From the NCBI RefSeq assembly GCF_032444005.1, contig NC_091282.1, positions 1,016,862,001 through 1,016,926,000 of the forward strand: DNA of 64,000 nt, written 5' to 3'. Numbering within the stretch: the first letter of the stretch is position 1; every line of letters begins with the position of its first letter. Positions 58,601-64,000 of the stretch are shown here, piece after piece. Both the position numbers and the translations under genes were made by a program. The stretch comes from Ranitomeya imitator. Its lineage: Eukaryota. The notes under the pieces are model-generated. The model searched no databases and was not told where the DNA came from. It saw nothing but the letters and a program-made list of their open reading frames with translations.

Positions 58601-58964
58601 GGATTTTGTTTTGTTCCAATCTCCTCGCTGTGGATTGTTTTAGAAATGTTCTTACCTCCCTTCTGAGTATGTTTTCCTGGATCTTGTTTGTTCAAGTCTA
58701 ATGTTTTTCTTCCCGTCCCCTCTTCTTCTAGTTTAACGCCCTCCTGATGAGTGTAGCAAGTCTTCTGGCGAATGTGTGTTTCCCAGGTTTGTTGAGGTGT
58801 AGTCCGTCTCTGGCGAGGAGTCCATCGTACAAGTAATTCACACCGTGGTCCAGGAATCCGAATCCTTGTTGTCTGCACCATCGTCTTAGCCAGTTGTTTG
58901 CATCAAGGATCCTGTTCCATCTCCTGGTGCCATGCCCGTCTACTGGAAGGAGACTGGAAGGAGG
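55678..58964 (-). mobile_element. 5'-truncated CR1 copy with complete ORF2, inserted in the PLE arm
   Basis: TSD AAGTT (55673-55677 and 58965-58969); truncated inside ORF1. Confidence 0.95.
55789..58881 (-). CDS. Intact CR1 ORF2p (APE endonuclease + reverse transcriptase)
   Basis: 1030-codon open frame with all EN and RT motifs; 8-aa in-frame duplication GEIPGEILGEIP. Confidence 0.9.
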   Translation of the reverse strand: MVQTTRIRIPGPRCELLVRWTPRQRRTTPQQTWETHIRQKTCYTHQEGVKLEEEGTGRKTLDLNKQDPGKHTQKGGKNISKTIHSEEIGTKQNPLNCMLANARSLTNKMEELEAEISTGNFDIVGITETWLDESYDWAVNLQGYSLFRKDRKNRRGGGVCLYVKSCLKSTLREDISEGNEDVESIWVEIHGGKNGNKILIGVCYKPPNITETMESLLLKQIDEAATHNEVLVMGDFNYPDINWETETCETHKGNRFLLITKKNYLSQLVQNPTRGAALLDLILSNRPDRITNLQVVGHLGNSDHNIVQFHLSFTRGTCQGVTKTLNFRKAKFDQLRDALNLVDWDNILRNENTDNKWEMFKNILNRQCKRFIPCGNKRTRNRKNPMWLNKEVRQAINSKKKAFALLKQDGTIEALKNYREKNTLSKKLIKAAKKETEKHIAKESKTNPKLFFNYINSKRIKTENVGPLKNSEERMVVDDEEKANILNTFFSTVFTVENEMLGEIPGEILGEIPRNNENPILRVTNLTQEEVRNRLNKIKIDKSPGPDGIHPRVLRELSNVIDKPLFLIFSDSIATGSVPQDWRIANVVPIFKKGSKSEPGNYRPVSLISIVGKIFEGFLRDVILDYLNENNCLTPYQHGFMRNRSCQTNLISFYEEVSYRLDHGELLDVVYLDFSKAFDTVPHKRLVHKMRMLGLGEIVCKWVSNWLSDRKQRVVINGIVSNWVAVTSGVPQGSVLGPVLFNIFINDLVEGLHSKISIFADDTKLCKAVNTREDSILLQMDLDKLETWAERWQMRFNNDKCKVIHMGRRNQCHHYTLNGKPLGKSDREKDLGILVNDKLTWSSQCQAAAAKANRIMGCIKRGLDTHDESIILPLYKSLVRPHMEYCVQFWAPVLMKDIMELERVQRRATKLIKGMGELQYPDRLAKLGLFSLEKRRLRGDLITMYKYISGQYKYLAEDLFIPRKVTGTRGHSLRLEERRFFHQHRRGFFTVRAVRIWNCLPEEVVMANSVEGFKRGLDVFLEQNNIVSYN

Positions 58965-59519
58965 AAGTTCATTGCTCATATGACCATCTTCCGCCAACTT
59001 GCGTAAGGAAAAATCACGAACACCACTGATAACTTTAGCTTCACTTAATTGTGAGCCCGGACAGTCCAATGAGAATTTAAATATAGTACATGACAGAGGA
59101 AAATCCCAGGTAGCCACAGGTCATGTACAGGAGAAGTCCGATGGCCGATTGATGGATACAGTAGAAATAGCGCAATGCAGACGAGTCCAATCCCGACGTC
59201 ACATTCCACGTGGAGCAAATCCAATGGCCTCAATCCCCCTTATAAAAAGGTCCAATGTAAATCCATCCTTGGTCCATGGTAAATATGCATCCCAAATGAC
59301 CATCACTCAGATACAGTAAAGAGCAGGGTAAAAAGGCGCCCCTCTTGACTCCAGATCCTATAGGGCAGGCACGAACGGATCAGAGCCCAATGGATAGCTG
59401 TAAGCAAAAAACAAGCAAAAGTGAGTGAAGAAGAACCAAAACTTCACATCACTGAATAGTCCAGGAAAAAAGAGTGTGGACCAGAAAAAGATGTAATACC
59501 GACCCAAACTCCACAGATA

Positions 59520-60823
59520 GCTCTACTGTCCCAGGAACCCCGTGAAAAGGAGTTCCTCATTTAAGCCCGCAGGGGCCACCGTATGTAACTGAAAAATCCA
59601 TCTGGACTCAATTTGGAGAAGAAGTTTACGTTTATCCCCCCTCTCTCATTGGGGGTGAGCTTCTGCAAACCCACCATCCTCAAGTTAGCCAAGGATCCCC
59701 CATGCTTAACTAGAAAGTGTTCGGCCACTGGAGTGAGAACCCTGCCCTTCCTCCGATCTGATGCTGCCAAATGTATTGTGGAAATGTGTTTCTGGGCCCG
59801 CTTCCTTAATTCTTCGGTGGTCTGCCCTACATATACCATCCTACAAGGACAGATGAGGGCATAGATCACATCCCTAGATCTACAATAAATGTAGGACCTA
59901 AGGGAGTGTCTACTCAAAAGGGTGGGGTGCACAAAGAGGTCGTGAGTCAGAGCCATGTGGGGACAGATGTTACAGTCCCCACATGGGAATGACCCTCTCA
60001 AAGTGATACCTCTATTCAACTTAAACGTCGGTCTCTTGAAGTGACTCCGGGTAAGGAGGTCCCTAAGATTGGGTGCCCGTCTTGCTGTTAAAAGGGGTCT
60101 ATTACTAGTGACCTCCGAGGTTTGTGTGTCTGTCTGAAGAATCTGCCAGTGTTTGGACAAGATGTCACTAACCTGTTTCCAATTATTGTTGAAATCGGTA
60201 ATAAATCTGGTCTGTCTCTCTTGGTTTTGCATCTTGGATGATAAAAGCGACCTCTGATGCTGTGCCCTTGCTCTTTGATAGGCTGTAGAAATAACACGCT
60301 TAGGGTAACCCCTATGTCGGAAACGATCCGAAAGCTCACGAGCCTGAATTGAAAAATCGGTATCAAGTGTACAGTTACGTCTAACGCGTAAAAACTGTCC
60401 AGTGGGAACACCCACCTTTGTATGCCAAAGGTGGAAGCTGGAAAATTCCAAGAGCGCGTTCGTTGCCATGCGTTTTCTGAAAAGATCAGTCGCCAGATGT
60501 TGTTCATGTGGGAATACCCTCAAGTCCAGAAAGGTGGTATCACTGGCGGAAATGGAGAATGTGAGAAAAATTTTAAAGGAGTTGGAATTCAAATTGTCAA
60601 AAAACATGACACATTCCTCCTCAGTACCCTTCCAGATGATAAAGACATCGTCTATGAAGTGATACCAGGCGTGGACGTGAGCAGCGAATGACGGGGAGGG
60701 ATACACAAATTTCTCCTCCCACCAGCCTAAAAAAATGTTGGCATAAGCTGGTGCACATTTCGCGCCCATCGCCACGCCTGATCGCTGTAGGTAATAGACC
60801 CTGTCAAAAAGGAATACTATCAA
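59520..60823 (-). pseudogene. Penelope (Neptune-like) RT + Zn-finger + GIY-YIG endonuclease, 5'-truncated
   Basis: YLQRSGVAMG, FIDDVFIIW, FLDL, CGDCNIC, VIYALICPC, YVGQT, AEHF; C-terminal PAGLNEE in another frame. Confidence 0.9.
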
Positions 60824-61941
60824 AAGCTTCCCTCTGACCCTACCTCTACTTTTCTCTCAAAATATGAACGACTACTTTGCAGGGCTTTACAGCGTGGCAT
60901 CATCTCCCCATTGGGCTCTGATCCGTTCGTGCCTGCCCTATAGGATCTGGAGTCAAGAGGGGCGCCTTTTTACCCTGCTCTTTACTGTATCTGAGTGATG
61001 GTCATTTGGGATGCATATTTACCATGGACCAAGGATGGATTTACATTGGACCTTTTTATAAGGGGGATTGAGGCCATTGGATTTGCTCCACGTGGAATGT
61101 GACGTCGGGATTGGACTCGTCTGCATTGCGCTATTTATACTGTATCCATCAATCGGCCATCGGACTTCTCCTGTACATGACCTGTGGCTACCTGGGATTT
61201 TCCTCTGTCATGTACTATATTTAAATTCTCATTGGACTGTCCGGGCTCACAATTAAGTGAAGCTAAAGTTATCAGTGGTGTTCATGATTTTTCTTTACGC
61301 AAGTTGGCGGAAGATGGTCATATGAGCAATGAACTTATCCACCTTAATATGGTCCTCTCAACAGAATCAGTGGTTTTGTTTTTGTCTGTATGTTTTATTC
61401 CTTCTAGGTCCCTGGCACTCCGATATACGGTTCTTCTATCATAGAGCTATTATGCCCTTGGTCTCTGCATTCGGGGGTTCCCCATTAGGGTTATTCCCTA
61501 TTGTGTTTCTGTGCGTTATAATTTATAATTTATTGTCTACTTTAACATGCTCTTTATTCCCCGTTTTATAGGTTCCTTTTGGGGGTGCTACATCAGTGGT
61601 CTGGGGTGCTTATGAGCATAATCCCTCCCTCCTCCCTTTGTCCTTGTCGGTCATCTTTTTTTCCCCCACATATTCTCTGCCCTGTGGGCTCCGGCGCTCT
61701 GCTTGGTCTAATGGTGTTTTGTATATTTGGCGCATGCGCAGCGCGGCTCAATCCTGGAGCCGCGTCTGCGCATGCGCCGACCTTGTCCTACGGAGGCCTC
61801 CGTTCTTCTCCTCTTCCACGCGCGGCTGCACGCCATCTCCGCCCCCCCCTCCTCCCTCTTCTACTGAGCGGCTCACCGGTATGTAATTACAAGCATTCAT
61901 GTTCTTATTTATACGTGGGTTGCGCACCACATACCCCACTT

Positions 61942-61979
61942 TCCCTGACGAAGCCGCTGCGGCGGCGATACGCGTAGGG
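61942..61979 (+). ncRNA. Hammerhead-like motif in right pLTR (GAUA core, GUA triplet)
   Basis: TCC-CTGACGA-A-GCCGC(TGCG)GCGGC-GATA-CGCGT-A-GGG; palindromic stem III ACGCGT. Confidence 0.6.
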
Positions 61980-62699
61980 CACTGTCTTCACACCCCCTCC
62001 TGATAACTGGCTAGTTATTTAAGACATGCGGCTTTGCAGCACCACCTTAGCCTTTTGGCTTTTTGGCTCCACTCCATCATACCTCAGACTCAGCTGAGTA
62101 TCCATTCGGCGGTATGCCGTCTTTATAGATTGTTGATAGGGGAGCTTTGATCCATCCATTCAGGTTATATCCTATTTGGGCCACATTTGGCTACCTATAT
62201 GTTTGAGCTCAGGTACCCTATTTATATTTAAGAGCTCTTATTCTGTGTTCCTTTGATTATATGTGATATTTACACTGTACTGCTCTTTTTCTTATGGTAC
62301 ACCTAGATTTGTCAGTATACGTGATGGTCTGATGGTATATACTTTGTGTATATTGCTGCTTATTTACCAGGACATACATGGGGGTGTGCTACACATTGTT
62401 GTATTTTAAGTGTTTTTATGTGTGTTTTTTGTGGTGTTCAATAAACGTGTTTTGTTATTTTGCTACATGGTTGTGCAGGCCTGCTTTAGTCCATTCTTTT
62501 CTCTTCCTTTTTTACTGTTAAAAAACGGACATGTCAGAGTATTTTGCCCACGGACACACGGTCTGTGGAAACACACCGATATGTGCACAGACCCTTTCAC
62601 TTGAATGGTTCTACCTGTGTGTCTCCGACGTGTGAAAACGGCCACCACACATACTGGACACTCTGGCGTCTGAGAGAGCCATAATGTTGCAAGAAGGTC

Positions 62700-62931
62700 T
62701 TTGTTGGGAATGTAATAGCCAGTTTCCTACTCCACACTGATGAGGGGCAAATAACCCGAAACAGCTGTCTGTGGATGGATACCATGTTTTGGCATAGGTG
62801 GTTTTCCTTTTTGGATGCTGCCCTTCCCATGGTTGTTCCTTCCCGGTGAAAGACCTGGCTATTTATTGCTTGCGTTGAGAAACACGTGATGGTGTATCCG
62901 CGGCTTTTCTACATGCATTTGTTGGGAATGT
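62700..62931 (+). mobile_element. 218-bp hammerhead-containing unit between 14-bp direct repeats (retrozyme-like or PLE-derived SINE)
   Basis: TTTGTTGGGAATGT at 62700-62713 and 62918-62931; no ORF. Confidence 0.65.
62731..62775 (+). ncRNA. Canonical minimal type I hammerhead ribozyme
   Basis: Stem I TCCACA/TGTGGA, CTGATGA, stem II GGG(CAAATAA)CCC, GAAA, palindromic stem III ACAGCTGT, GUC cleavage after 62769. Confidence 0.88.
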
Positions 62932-63631
62932 GTCACCAGAAATAACGCTGGAAATCTGCAGATATGTGGATAATCTGCAGGTTGACAGTGTTATTGTGCT
63001 GTCTGGCCAGTGCTGGACTGGGGAGCCAAGTGCCCACTAGTAACCAACGCTAGGGGCCCACTTTTCAACTACATACGGTACAAATGTGACATTAACACTA
63101 ATCACAAATTTATATAACAATGATCTGGATAGATTGATAAATGAATAAGATGCCGCCTTTGTCTGTACATAGTGACTCAAGTATATAATGCGAAGTACTC
63201 CTCATATAAGAGGGTAGTGCCCACTCCTGCACAGGGGCCCACCAGAGGATTCTCCTGTGGGCCAGGCCAAGCCTGTGTCCGGCACCTGCACGCAGTGGAG
63301 AGAAAATGTTCTTTATTCTCCCTGCCAGCATTCGGCATTCAGTCACAGGGGCGAGGGCGCCGCCGGTCCAGGCACTGCTCTGACTATACAGAGCTGACGC
63401 CGTAGCGGTGCCCTTGGCCCAGACTGACAGCTGGCCTCAATATAGAGAGCGTGTCAGTCAGGGCGGAAGCGTGCACCCCTCACCCCATGACTGAATGCTG
63501 ACTGCTGCCAGGGAGAATATTGTTTTCTCCCCGCGGCACTCGGCTACGTGCAGGCGCCGGGCAGCATACTAATGCTGGTAACCTGCAGACTAACCGCATA
63601 TCTGCAGGTCACCAGCGTTATTCCTGGTGAC
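62932..63631. mobile_element. MITE with long imperfect TIRs (Kolobok/T2-like)
   Basis: GTCACCAG(A/G)AATAACGCTGG...CTGCAGATATG mirrored at 63580-63631; inner inverted repeats at ~63270-63345 and ~63488-63560. Confidence 0.55.
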
Positions 63632-64000
63632 TAAGGGATAAGGTTTCGCCTTGTGGAGGGTCTCTAGCGCACCTGTTGGATGTAGCGACCCGAAAAGTCA
63701 TTATCGATCCTTTAACGAGCCCTGTCACATGACTTAGGATAAAAGCTAAACCAGGAATCCCAATTTGCAGACATTGGCCATCTCTTAAAGTGCTCTGGAA
63801 ACAGAAAGCTTGGTTCTTATTGGTTGCTTTTAGACCCTTGTAAACAGTGTTGATAAATGTGGCCTTTGGTTCTTATAAAGCAGAGGTGAAAAAAAATATC
63901 ACTGCATCCTTAAATTAACTCTTCAACACCTGTGCACACACAAGCCCGCATACCTTGTTTATTATGTAGCTCCTCCCAGTGACGATACAACTAACCAATC

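Larger units (their letters stand above)
54412..62512 (-). mobile_element. Penelope-like element with ~1.6-kb inverted pLTR arms
   Basis: Arms 54504-59393 (split by CR1) and 60908-62513; central RT/GIY-YIG; 17-bp TSD TACTGTTAAAAAACGGA (54395-54411 and 62513-62529) in a MITE. Confidence 0.9.

Overview
Eukaryotic DNA almost entirely made of transposable elements, very probably from an anuran amphibian (inferred from the repeat landscape). It contains no prokaryotic genes, CRISPR array, rRNA or tRNA genes, and no confidently identifiable host protein-coding gene. Resolved elements: four near-identical young CR1 LINE copies (one full length with six 126-bp 5' monomers, one with an intact ORF2); a degraded L1 carrying nested insertions; L2 fragments and a V-SINE; a palindromic Penelope-like element (RT + GIY-YIG) with a 17-bp TSD; two Tc1 elements and a Tc1 remnant; a hAT derivative; many PIF/Harbinger-type (TWA TSD) and Kolobok/T2-type (TTAA TSD) MITEs; TTAA-flanked piggyBac-like non-autonomous elements that carry built-in degenerate telomeric arrays; six LTRs of one tRNA-Ser(CGA)-primed family, including a complete pol-less element with an unknown ORF; a gag-only Gmr1-like LTR element; and several minisatellites. 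Most notable signals: four hammerhead-ribozyme motifs, one in a 218-bp retrozyme-like unit; an LTR U5 region complementary to both ends of its primer tRNA; and DNA transposons that distribute interstitial telomeric repeats. All coordinates were read by eye and may be off by a few bases.
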